Origin: Gemmatimonadota bacterium
GTDB taxonomy: Bacteria; Gemmatimonadota; Gemmatimonadetes; Palauibacterales; KS3-K002
Direction: 5' to 3'
DNA length: 64,000 nt
NCBI GenBank assembly: GCA_020344375.1
Contig: CP070823.1
Span: 976,617 to 1,040,616 of the forward strand
Below are positions 49,100 through 58,182 of the stretch, piece after piece. Both the position numbers and the translations under genes were made by a program. Position 1 is the stretch's first letter. Each line of letters opens with the position of its first letter. A model generated the notes under the pieces. The model saw nothing but the letters and a program-made list of their open reading frames with translations. It did no database searches and was not told where the DNA came from.

Positions 49100-50094
49100 A
49101 GCGCAGTCGAAGACGCTTGGTCTTCTGGCTGGGAACGGTTCTCGGGCTTCTGCTCATCCTAGTACTGCTGCTACGCTACGACCCGGCGGCTGTACTTCCT
49201 CCCATCCTTCAGAGCAAGATCCACCTGTTGGTGGCCGTGGCCGTCATCCAAGCCGCCATCCAGGTACTCAATGCCATGACCCCCGTCGTGCTGCTCGGCC
49301 CGCCGGAGCATGGGCATCTGTCTCGCTTGACTCAAACAAAGATCTTCCTGGCCCTCCAACCGCTCGCCCAGTTCGCTCCCGGTCGTCTGACCGACTTCGC
49401 CGCCGTTCCGCTCCTCATGAGGCACCATCGGACCGGTGCGCTGGCCAGCTCCATCGTGCTTGACCGACTGATTACCCTCTTCCTGCTGCTGCTCCTGACA
49501 CCCGTCGCCGTACGCTTCGTCTGGCCCTCAGCCTCGCCAACCGCAATGAACTTCGCCGTGATCGCCGGCCTGCTGGTCGTCGGCTCCACACCGTTTCTCC
49601 TGGCCAACCGCAAGTTTCGTGAGCTGGTCAATCGCTCGCTCCTGCGCTTCGCGCCGCGTCTCTTGGAGGGCTTCGGCAAACACACGGAGTCTTTGTTGCA
49701 CACATCGCGGGCGCGTCTGCTGGTCAACTTCTCCCTCACGGCACTGAAGATCCTGTTGGCGGGAATCTCGATAAGTCTTCTGGCTGCCAATGTCGGCCTG
49801 TCCCTGAACGTCTTCACGGCGACCTGTATGTCGGTCCTCATTCAGCTGGTGACCGCCGTGCCGCTGGCCCCTCAAGGTCTCGGCGTAGCTGAGGGATCGC
49901 TCGTCCTACTGTTCACGGTGAACGGGCTACCAGGAGCACTGGCGTTATCTATGGGTCTGATCGCGCGGATCCTTTTCATCCCAGTGATCGCGGTCATATA
50001 TATGACGACAACGGTCCCGCTCATCGCCGAGCGAATCGGCCACGAGCGTGAGGACTCTGACGACGTGAGTCATCGATCCGAAGACAGCTACTAG
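49096..50094 (+). CDS. Polytopic membrane protein, flippase-like (LPG_synthase_TM/UPF0104-like)
   Basis: GTG at 49096 overlaps the preceding stop (GTGA). About 8 TM segments after the basic N-terminus KRSRRRLVFWLG. This type is commonly found beside GtrB-like GT2 genes. Confidence 0.5.
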   Translation: MKRSRRRLVFWLGTVLGLLLILVLLLRYDPAAVLPPILQSKIHLLVAVAVIQAAIQVLNAMTPVVLLGPPEHGHLSRLTQTKIFLALQPLAQFAPGRLTDFAAVPLLMRHHRTGALASSIVLDRLITLFLLLLLTPVAVRFVWPSASPTAMNFAVIAGLLVVGSTPFLLANRKFRELVNRSLLRFAPRLLEGFGKHTESLLHTSRARLLVNFSLTALKILLAGISISLLAANVGLSLNVFTATCMSVLIQLVTAVPLAPQGLGVAEGSLVLLFTVNGLPGALALSMGLIARILFIPVIAVIYMTTTVPLIAERIGHEREDSDDVSHRSEDSY

Positions 50095-50106
50095 GCGGGG
50101 GCTGGA

Positions 50107-51327
50107 TTGAGACTCTGCATCTTGGGTAACGCGCAGAACTCCCACGTGATACGCTGGGCAGAGTTCTTCAGCTCGCGTGGCCACGAGGTCACCATCGTCT
50201 CCGCCAGACCGCACGAGCTGCCGGGCATCCAGGTCTATGCGCCCAAGCTGCCGTTCGAGGACTTCCTGAGGCGCCGTGAGATCTACGACCAGAACCGCGC
50301 GCCGAACTTCGCTGTCTACCTCAGCTACATTCTGCTCGCACTGACGGTTCGCAGGACCGTGCGGCGACTTTCGCCCGACATCGTCATGGCGATGACGTTG
50401 GAGACGAACGGCATACTCGCCATGATCGCGGGTCATCACCCTACCGCGCTGTACCATCTCGGCAACAAGGCGCTGTCCGTGATGAGCGAGACCTCTCTGG
50501 TCATGCGCTTGCTTGTCAAGGCGATGCTGCGGTTCTCGGACATGCTGCACACGGGCGATAGTGCAGGCGCGGCTCGGCTGAGACAGCTCGGCGCGCCTGC
50601 GGACAAGATCTTCATCAACCCATGGGGCGTGGACCTCAAACAGCTTCACGCAGAAGCTGGGGTAGCTGAGGTGCAAGAGCACCTAGGTGCTTCGGGCAAG
50701 AAGCTCTTCGCCTGTATACGGGCATTCATGCCCGAGTATGATATCGCTACCTTCCTACGTGCCATTCCTGACATCGTATACGCATACCCAGATACCGCAT
50801 ACGCGGTTATCGGAGACGGTCCGGAACGCGACAAGCTAACGAAGCTGGCGGAGGAGCTGGATATCCGCGACTATGTGACGTTCGTCGGCTACGTGCCCTA
50901 CGACACGTTGCCCGCCTACACACTGGCCGCTGACTTCTACGTCGATCCCATCAACTTTCGCTTGCCTGTCGGGAGGACGTGGTGGGGGCACCGAATGCGC
51001 TGCAGCATGGATGGAATCGGCTACTCCATAACACTTATGTTAGGCCTCGCTAGCGGCTGCATACCTTTGGTCACACGCCGCGCAGGACTATCAGATATCT
51101 TCTCCGAGGAACAACAACGCCTTCTCTTGTGGGAGCCTGGCAATCCGACCGACCTTGCCCAGAAAGCGAAGGGCCTCCTCGCCTCTCACGTAGATTGTCA
51201 AGCACTTCGGGCAAGCCTGACCCAGATGGCCGAAGAGCGATTTGACTGGCAACTCAACGCCGATCGAATTGAACGGGAGTACCTTGATAAGATACGGGAG
51301 CACGCAGGCAGCGTCTTAGAGCCATGA
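50107..51327 (+). CDS. GT-B fold glycosyltransferase (GT4/GT1-like)
   Basis: 406 aa with a TTG start. MRLCILGNAQNSHVIRWAEFF N-terminus and a C-terminal Rossmann half with IGDGPERDKL...FVGYVPYD. Confidence 0.7.
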   Translation: MRLCILGNAQNSHVIRWAEFFSSRGHEVTIVSARPHELPGIQVYAPKLPFEDFLRRREIYDQNRAPNFAVYLSYILLALTVRRTVRRLSPDIVMAMTLETNGILAMIAGHHPTALYHLGNKALSVMSETSLVMRLLVKAMLRFSDMLHTGDSAGAARLRQLGAPADKIFINPWGVDLKQLHAEAGVAEVQEHLGASGKKLFACIRAFMPEYDIATFLRAIPDIVYAYPDTAYAVIGDGPERDKLTKLAEELDIRDYVTFVGYVPYDTLPAYTLAADFYVDPINFRLPVGRTWWGHRMRCSMDGIGYSITLMLGLASGCIPLVTRRAGLSDIFSEEQQRLLLWEPGNPTDLAQKAKGLLASHVDCQALRASLTQMAEERFDWQLNADRIEREYLDKIREHAGSVLEP

Positions 51328-52004
51328 AGCATCCGGAAAGCGTTGTCCCAACGCCTTGGGACGCCAAGATCTTCGGCATGGACACGTACGAGATACTCTC
51401 CCTCGATGAGGCGACTTTGCAAAGCATCTCATCGCTGCATGGCCACTTCACGATCAAAGTGGACCCTCTGCTCTCTACTGAACTGCTGCACCGCTACGAC
51501 TTCTATTACTGTGACACGCAGATAGATCCGTTCTGTCTAGAAGAAGACTTCGTCGCATACAACAGCGACAGCGTTTCGGTTCTCCATGACATCGACATCG
51601 AAGAGCTGGTGAAGCTATCACAAGGAGCCTACTCTCACGGCCGGTTCCATCGCGACTTCAACATACGCAATGAGCTTGCCGACCTCAGATACGACTCGTG
51701 GTTGGGGCAATTGCATCAAACCGGTCGGGTTATCGGGCTTGCCTACAAGAACGCTCTGGCTGCGTACTTTGCATGCGAGAATAGCAAGGTCCTTCTTCAC
51801 GCCATTGACCGAAAGCTACAAGGCAAAGGTTTGGCTAAGTACCTCTGGACAGCTGGATACAGAGAGCTTTTCAACGCAGGACACCGGGAAGTCTCTTCGT
51901 GTATCTCGGTCGCGAACATGCCAGTCCTGAATCTCTATCGGGCGCTGGGGTTCAAGTTCAGGAATCCGGTGGACGTGTACCACAAGTTCAATCCGCCGAA
52001 GTAG
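51324..52004 (+). CDS. GNAT N-acetyltransferase, WecD-like (dTDP-4-amino-4,6-dideoxyhexose N-acetyltransferase)
   Basis: 226 aa with the same two-part layout as E. coli WecD (N-terminal PWDAKIFG, then GRFHRD). GNAT motif A is QGKGLAKYL. Immediately precedes the wecE-like gene. Confidence 0.65.
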   Translation: MKHPESVVPTPWDAKIFGMDTYEILSLDEATLQSISSLHGHFTIKVDPLLSTELLHRYDFYYCDTQIDPFCLEEDFVAYNSDSVSVLHDIDIEELVKLSQGAYSHGRFHRDFNIRNELADLRYDSWLGQLHQTGRVIGLAYKNALAAYFACENSKVLLHAIDRKLQGKGLAKYLWTAGYRELFNAGHREVSSCISVANMPVLNLYRALGFKFRNPVDVYHKFNPPK

Positions 52005-52038
52005 GCACGATCCTTTCGGACCCTGAGGTTGATCGGCC

Positions 52039-53172
52039 ATGAGCATCAGATTCAACGTGCCATATCTCACCGGGCGCGAACTGGAATATCTCCAGCGCGT
52101 GATCGACAACCGGACGTTCGCCGGCAACGGACCGTTCACGGCCGAGGTCTCAAGGAAGCTCGAAGAGCGTTATGACGTGCCGCGTGTGCTGCTGACTCAC
52201 GGTTGCACCGCCGCACTCGAAATGGCGGCTCTCTTGCTCGATCTCGGCCCCAACGACGAAGTCATCGTACCCTCCTACACCTTTCCAAGCACGGCGGCCG
52301 CCTTCGTGCGAGTGGGGGCGAAGGTCGTCTTCTGCGAGATCGATCCCGCGACGATGATGATCGATCCCGCCGACGCTGCCCGTCGGGTCACCTTGGCTAC
52401 GCGGGCCATCGTCCCGGTCCACTACGGAGGCATAGCCTGCGACATGGACGCCATCATGTCGCTGGCGAAGAAGCACGAGCTGACGGTGGTCGAGGACGCC
52501 GCCCAGGGCCTCGAAGCCAGCCTGAACGGCAGATGGCTGGGCACGATCGCACCGCTCGGCTGCCTATCCTTCCACGAGACGAAGAACCTGCACGCCGGAC
52601 TCGCCGGAGCGCTCTTCCTCAATGACCTCTCCTACGCCGAACGCGCGGAGGCCATCTGGGAGCGCGGCACGGACCGCCAGAAGGTGCTCAGGGGTCTGAT
52701 CGATAAGTACACCTGGGTCGAGGTCGGCTCGAGCTTCTACCCCTCGGAATTGCAGGCTGCTTTCCTCGCCGCGCAGCTGGAGTCGATCCAGACGAATCTT
52801 GCTGAGCGTCGAGCGCTCTACGACGCTTATCAGCAAGGCCTGGCCCCGTTGGCAAACGCTGGCCATTTGCGCTTACCGCGTGTCGACCCGGGCCGACAGC
52901 TCAACTACCACGCGTGCTATGTGATCTTCAACAGCGCCGCCGATTGCGATGCCGTGCGCGAGCACCTGAAGTCGAAGGACATCTGGGCGTACATTGGATA
53001 CGTTCCGCTCCACTCATCGCCTGTGGGGCGGCGACTGGGTTACCAGCCCGACGATCTCCCGATAACCGAGGAACACGCGCCGCGCGTACTGCGACTGCCG
53101 CTGCACAACGAGCTCAGCACGGCCGACGTGCGACGCGTCTGCGACGCAGTCAGGGAGTACTTCGAGGGGTGA
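52039..53172 (+). CDS. dTDP-4-keto-6-deoxyhexose aminotransferase, WecE-like (DegT/DnrJ/EryC1 family)
   Basis: Colinear with E. coli WecE as I recall it: NVPYLTGRELEYL, TAALEMAALLLDL, VPSYTF, VPVHYGG, SFHETKN (PLP Lys), DKYTWVEVGSS, VLRLPLH. Confidence 0.85.
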   Translation: MSIRFNVPYLTGRELEYLQRVIDNRTFAGNGPFTAEVSRKLEERYDVPRVLLTHGCTAALEMAALLLDLGPNDEVIVPSYTFPSTAAAFVRVGAKVVFCEIDPATMMIDPADAARRVTLATRAIVPVHYGGIACDMDAIMSLAKKHELTVVEDAAQGLEASLNGRWLGTIAPLGCLSFHETKNLHAGLAGALFLNDLSYAERAEAIWERGTDRQKVLRGLIDKYTWVEVGSSFYPSELQAAFLAAQLESIQTNLAERRALYDAYQQGLAPLANAGHLRLPRVDPGRQLNYHACYVIFNSAADCDAVREHLKSKDIWAYIGYVPLHSSPVGRRLGYQPDDLPITEEHAPRVLRLPLHNELSTADVRRVCDAVREYFEG

Positions 53173-53174
53173 CC

Positions 53175-53969
53175 ATGAGCGGAGCCGGGCCAACTTCCCA
53201 GGAATATCGCGACGGACTGGCCGCCTACTGCGCCGCCGTCCGCGACACAGCAGCAGGCCGAGACACCGACGAGCTGCGTCTGGAGATCCAGTTCGAGTGT
53301 CTGCGCGACTGGTCTCAGCTGCACAGCCTCGAGGAAGTGAAAGCCTGGTTTCTGGAACAGCGCAGACTGTGCAAGATGACGCTGGAGGACATACCGCTCG
53401 CGGAATGCCGGGGATGGTACTTCGACTCAGAGAGTGGCTGGCTTCGGCATGAGAGCGGCGAGTTCTTCTTCGTCCAGGGTCTGCGCGTACGACAGACAGA
53501 GACACGAGAGATCGGCGAGAAGGGCTGGGACCAGCCGATTCTCACACAGGTCGGCTATGATGGTGGAATACTCGGGATCCTGCGCAAGCGATTCGACGGT
53601 GTACCTCACTACCTCATCGAGGCGAAAGCGGAACCGGGCAACTACGAGCGGGTTCAGCTGAGCCCTACCGTCCAAGCGACCTTCAGCAACCTCAGGCGCG
53701 CGCATGGCGGTCGCAAGCCGATTTTCGCGGAGTTTTTCGAGCAACCGGAGGCGAACGGCGCGACTGTGCTCTACCGGCAGTGGCTGTCCGAGGATGGGGG
53801 CAGGTTACACCGCAAACGCAATCTCGGCATGCTGGTCGAGGTGCCTGAGGAGATCCAGGTCGATCTGCCTGCGACCTTCATCTGGTTGAGCCTGTGGCAG
53901 ATCAAGGCGTGCCTCGGCGAGAACGCGTGGGTTAATCCACACGTTCGAGGAATCATCGCTCACTTGTGA
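53175..53969 (+). CDS. NDP-hexose 2,3-dehydratase-like protein, single-domain (half-size)
   Basis: 264 aa from ATG 53175. Carries GWLRHESGEFFFVQGLRV...WDQPIL...GILGIL...HYLIEAKAEPGN...QLSPTVQATFSN, the signature I associate with the EvaA/TylX3-type Hexose_dehydrat domain. Only one copy is present. Confidence 0.65.
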   Translation: MSGAGPTSQEYRDGLAAYCAAVRDTAAGRDTDELRLEIQFECLRDWSQLHSLEEVKAWFLEQRRLCKMTLEDIPLAECRGWYFDSESGWLRHESGEFFFVQGLRVRQTETREIGEKGWDQPILTQVGYDGGILGILRKRFDGVPHYLIEAKAEPGNYERVQLSPTVQATFSNLRRAHGGRKPIFAEFFEQPEANGATVLYRQWLSEDGGRLHRKRNLGMLVEVPEEIQVDLPATFIWLSLWQIKACLGENAWVNPHVRGIIAHL

Positions 53970-53970
53970 G

Positions 53971-54975
53971 ATGAATCCGCTGGCACAACACGAGAAGCTC
54001 GCGCCCGGCGTCGGGGTCTGGGGCGTGGGGAACCACGCGCAGCGTAGCACGCTGCCGGCGCTGTCCGAATGCCCGGCCGTACGGCTGGTCGGTCTGACCA
54101 CACGAAGCGAGAAGGTGCGCGAGGAGCAGGCGCGAAAGTGGAACTGCAAGGCCTGGAAGACTCCGCGGGACATGCTTCAGGACCCGGAGGTCGAAGTCGT
54201 GTACCTCGCCACTCCCGTAGGCCTGCATCACGAGCACGGGCTACTCGCGTTACAGGCCGGTCGGCACCTGTGGTGTGAGAAATCGCTGACCGCCTCGCTC
54301 GACACGTCTCAGGAACTGGTCGAGGTTTCCACGGAGCTGGACGTCGCTCTCTGCGAGGCTTTCATGTACCAGCATCACCCACAGTTCCGGCAGGTTCTTC
54401 AATGGATCGTGGACGGGCAGATTGGCCAGATCCGCAGCATCAGTAGCCGCTTCGGGTTCCCCCACCTGGGGCCGGACGACATACGTTACGTTCGCGAGCT
54501 GGGCGGCGGCGCCCTGCTGGATGTCGGCTGCTATCCCCTCTCGGCGGCGCTCGCGATCGCCGGCGAGGAGCCGGACGGCGTTCATGCCGTGCTCGGCCGG
54601 GATGAAGGCTACGCGGTGGACACCGCTGGCTCGGCGCTGTTGCGATTCCCGTCCGGGATCAGCGCCCTCCTGGAATGGGGCTTCGGCCGTGCCTATCGAA
54701 ACGAATTGGAGGTTTGGGGAGAGGACGGAACGATCATCGCCGAGCGTGCGTTTTCGAAACCGCCCGACCTCAGTCCCAGAACCGTCTTGAGGCGGCAAGA
54801 TGGCACTGTTGTAGATAGCGATATACCGCCAGCCAACCAATTCGTGCACATGTTCGCGACATTCGCCGGCGTTCTGGAGGCTGACGCGGCCCGCGAAGAA
54901 CATCGGAGGCGCGCACTGCGACAGGCACGTACGGTTGCGGCTGTTCTCGAGTCTGCACATTTGACTGGTATCTAG
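53971..54975 (+). CDS. Gfo/Idh/MocA-family NAD(P)-dependent oxidoreductase (candidate NDP-hexose 3-ketoreductase)
   Basis: 334 aa with an N-terminal Rossmann motif [13 protein letters not shown] and CEKSL. The start follows the dehydratase-like gene's stop after a single intervening base. Confidence 0.7.
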   Translation: MNPLAQHEKLAPGVGVWGVGNHAQRSTLPALSECPAVRLVGLTTRSEKVREEQARKWNCKAWKTPRDMLQDPEVEVVYLATPVGLHHEHGLLALQAGRHLWCEKSLTASLDTSQELVEVSTELDVALCEAFMYQHHPQFRQVLQWIVDGQIGQIRSISSRFGFPHLGPDDIRYVRELGGGALLDVGCYPLSAALAIAGEEPDGVHAVLGRDEGYAVDTAGSALLRFPSGISALLEWGFGRAYRNELEVWGEDGTIIAERAFSKPPDLSPRTVLRRQDGTVVDSDIPPANQFVHMFATFAGVLEADAAREEHRRRALRQARTVAAVLESAHLTGI

Positions 54976-55025
54976 CCCACAACGGGCTTGATACATTCGA
55001 TGCCAACTGCGATCTTAGGGTGCGT

Positions 55026-55922
55026 ATGCGGAAGGGAATTATCTTGGCGGGCGGAGCGGGCAGCAGGCTGTTCCCACTGACCATCGTCACCAGCAAGCAA
55101 CTCCTCCCGGTCTACGACAAGCCGATGGTCTACTACCCCCTGTCGGCGCTCATGCTGGCGGGGATTCGGGAGATCTTGGTCATAGCGACACCGGAGGCGC
55201 TTCCCTCCTATCAGCAGCTTCTCGCTGACGGCTCGCACCTGGGACTCACGATCTCGTACGCCGAACAGGCGCGGCCTGAGGGCCTCGCCCACGCGTTCAT
55301 CATCGGTCGAGAGTTCGTCGGTCGAGACCACGTCGCGCTCGTTCTCGGGGACAACGTCTTCTACGGCGGCGGTCTGATGGAGCCGCTCAGAAACGCCTCG
55401 GCGGACTTCAGGCCGGGAGCCACGATCTTCGCGTACTACGTCTCGGACCCGGAACGCTACGGGGTGGTGGAGTTCGACAACGCCGGCCAGCCAGTCGGTA
55501 TCGAGGAGAAGCCCCAGAAACCCAAGTCGCACTTCGCCGTCACCGGCCTCTACTTCTACGACAACCGGGTGCTCGATATCGCCGCCGGCTTGAAGCCGTC
55601 GCCACGTGGCGAGCTCGAGATCACGGATGTCAACCTCATTTATCTCAAAGAGGGAACCCTGCGTGTCACGTTCCTCAGCCGCGGCATAGCCTGGCTCGAC
55701 ACGGGAACGCCGGACGCTCTGCTGCAGGCCGCCAACTTCGTCGCCGCGCTCGAGCAGCGCCAGGGACTCAAGATCGGCGCGGTGGAAGAGGTCGCCTATC
55801 GCATGGGTTATATCGACGCCGCACAGGTTGAGCGCTTGGCGGATTCGCTGAAAGGAACCGATTACGCGAAGTACCTGCTGGGAATCCTACACGATCGCCG
55901 CCCCTTCGAGCCTGTGCGCTAG
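55026..55922 (+). CDS. rmlA: Glucose-1-phosphate thymidylyltransferase RmlA
   Basis: [19 protein letters not shown]...[18 protein letters not shown], canonical. Confidence 0.93.
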   Translation: MRKGIILAGGAGSRLFPLTIVTSKQLLPVYDKPMVYYPLSALMLAGIREILVIATPEALPSYQQLLADGSHLGLTISYAEQARPEGLAHAFIIGREFVGRDHVALVLGDNVFYGGGLMEPLRNASADFRPGATIFAYYVSDPERYGVVEFDNAGQPVGIEEKPQKPKSHFAVTGLYFYDNRVLDIAAGLKPSPRGELEITDVNLIYLKEGTLRVTFLSRGIAWLDTGTPDALLQAANFVAALEQRQGLKIGAVEEVAYRMGYIDAAQVERLADSLKGTDYAKYLLGILHDRRPFEPVR

Positions 55923-55995
55923 CCGGTCCAGGCGTTCTTCGCAGCGCCTGCCAGGGCGTCGGGTTCGGCGAGCACGGAGCTTTCCAGGGTAGCCG

Positions 55996-57114
55996 ATGAC
56001 GGAAGCCGAGTCATTCACACCCTCGTGCCTGCTGGTCAGCGGTGGAGCCGGGTTTATCGGCTCCAACTTCATCCGCTGGGTACTCGAGGAACACCCCGAT
56101 CTGTCCGTGGTGAACCTCGACCTCCTGACCTACGCCGGAAACCTCGAGAGCCTGGAGGACGTCGACGTACGGCACGGCCCGGCGGGAGACGGAAGGTACT
56201 ACTTCGTCCACGGCGACATCCGCGACTTCGAGACCATCGCGCGCCTACTCCGTGGTGAAGCCAGTGAAACCGTCCCCCAGGCGCAAGAAGCCCGCACGCC
56301 CCCACCCATAGACGCCATCATCCACATGGCCGCCGAGTCGCACGTGGACCGCTCAATCATGGGGCCAGCGATCTTCGTGGACACGAACGTGAAAGGCACC
56401 TTGACCCTGCTCGAAGCGTGCACAGCAGAGCTGGACCGAAGACCGCGACCTTTCCGCTTCCTGCACGTCGGCACCGACGAAGTATACGGCAGCCTCGACC
56501 TGGACGATCCCGCTTTCACCGAGACGACACGGCTTGCCCCGAACAGCCCGTACTCGGCCAGCAAAGCGGGGGCCGACTTGCTGGTACGGGCCTACGTCGA
56601 AACGTTCGAGCTGCCGGCAATCACCACCCGTTGCTCGAATAACTACGGTCCCTACCAGTTCCCTGAGAAGCTGATCCCGCTCATGATCACACGCGCGCTC
56701 CGCGATGAACCACTGCCCCTCTATGGCGACGGGCTGAACGTTCGGGACTGGCTGCACGTGGAGGATCACGCGAAGGGTCTCTGGACGGTGCTCGCCCACG
56801 GCCGGGTCGGCGAGATCTACAACATCGGCGGCGAGTGTGAGCTCCAGAACATCGAAATCGTCAGGAGCATCCTACGATTGCTCGAGAAGCCCGAGTCGCT
56901 GATCCGCTATGTCGATGATCGCCGGGGACACGACCGACGCTACGCCATGGACATCACGAAGATGCGTAGCGAGTTGAGCTGGCAGCCCGCACATACGCTG
57001 GACAAGGGACTGGCGGAGACGGTCGAGTGGTATCTCTCGCATCAGACGTGGTGGGAGCGCGTCCTCAACGAGGCGTACCTCGCGACCCGCGCCCTCTACC
57101 TGACGGAGGGCTAG
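55996..57114 (+). CDS. rmlB: dTDP-glucose 4,6-dehydratase RmlB
   Basis: GGAGFIGSNF and YSASKAGADLLVRAY (YxxxK). About 25 aa are inserted after the HGDIRD block. Confidence 0.92.
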   Translation: MTEAESFTPSCLLVSGGAGFIGSNFIRWVLEEHPDLSVVNLDLLTYAGNLESLEDVDVRHGPAGDGRYYFVHGDIRDFETIARLLRGEASETVPQAQEARTPPPIDAIIHMAAESHVDRSIMGPAIFVDTNVKGTLTLLEACTAELDRRPRPFRFLHVGTDEVYGSLDLDDPAFTETTRLAPNSPYSASKAGADLLVRAYVETFELPAITTRCSNNYGPYQFPEKLIPLMITRALRDEPLPLYGDGLNVRDWLHVEDHAKGLWTVLAHGRVGEIYNIGGECELQNIEIVRSILRLLEKPESLIRYVDDRRGHDRRYAMDITKMRSELSWQPAHTLDKGLAETVEWYLSHQTWWERVLNEAYLATRALYLTEG

Positions 57115-57138
57115 TGTGCCCATCAGCGAGGTAGAGCG

Positions 57139-58176
57139 GTGAAGATCCTCATCGACATCCTTCACCCGGCTCATGTACACTTCTTCAAGAACTTCTACGC
57201 CGAGATGAAGGGGCGTGGCCACGATCTTCGTATCACTGCCCGTGCTAAGGAGTGCTCGATCGATCTGCTGGAACGCTACGGGCTTCCTTACCGCCTGATC
57301 TCGGAACAGCGGACGGGCACGCTCGGGCTCGCCACCGAGATGCTTCGAAGGACGTACCGTCTCACTCGTGTTATGCGAGAATTCCAGCCGGACGTGATGA
57401 CCGGCATCATGGGACCGAGCATCGCGCTCGCAGGTGCGCTGTACCGGGTCCCCGCGGTCATCTTCTACGACACCGAATTCGCCACTCAGACGAACTGGTT
57501 CGCTTACCCTCTGGCTCACAGCGTGTGCACCCCCGATTGCTACCAGGGGGTGGTCCGCGGCACGCATCGCACCTACGCTGGCTATCACGAACTGGCCTAC
57601 CTCCACCCCAAGCGCTTCAACCCGGATCCGGCAAAGCTGGCCTCGTTCGGGCTGAGCGAGGACGAGCCTTATTCCCTTGTCCGTTTCGTCTTCTTGCAGG
57701 CCGTTCATGACCGCAGCCAGCGTGGCCTCTCCCTGCAGCAGAAGCTGCAGATCGTTGATCTCCTCGAGCGGCACGGTCGTGTTCTGATATCCTCGGAGGG
57801 CCCAATACCCGACGAGCTCGCAGCTCGGCGCGTGCAGGGACCGGTCGAAGACATACACCATTTGCTCGCCTACGCCCAGGTGATCGTGGGAGAGTCAGCC
57901 ACGATGTCTTCGGAGGCGGCCGTACTCGGCGTACTGGCCATCGTCATCGCGACCACCGGCCGCGGCTATACCGATGACCAGGAAGCGCGGTACGGCCTGG
58001 TGCGGCACTTCACAGAGGACGAGTACGACGACGCCGCGCGCACCATCGAGCAGCTGTTTGCGGGTGAATCACCTCGCAGCTTCGGAGCCCAAGCTCGCCT
58101 GCGACTGCTCGACGAGAAGATCGACGTGACCGACTGGATGGTGCGCTACTTCGAGAGCCAGTTCGGAGGAACCTGA
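57139..58176 (+). CDS. DUF354-family protein (GT-B/epimerase-like fold, function unknown)
   Basis: 345 aa with a GTG start. The KILIDILHPAHVHFFKNF N-terminus is characteristic of DUF354. Confidence 0.6.
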   Translation: MKILIDILHPAHVHFFKNFYAEMKGRGHDLRITARAKECSIDLLERYGLPYRLISEQRTGTLGLATEMLRRTYRLTRVMREFQPDVMTGIMGPSIALAGALYRVPAVIFYDTEFATQTNWFAYPLAHSVCTPDCYQGVVRGTHRTYAGYHELAYLHPKRFNPDPAKLASFGLSEDEPYSLVRFVFLQAVHDRSQRGLSLQQKLQIVDLLERHGRVLISSEGPIPDELAARRVQGPVEDIHHLLAYAQVIVGESATMSSEAAVLGVLAIVIATTGRGYTDDQEARYGLVRHFTEDEYDDAARTIEQLFAGESPRSFGAQARLRLLDEKIDVTDWMVRYFESQFGGT

Positions 58177-58182
58177 CCTCCC

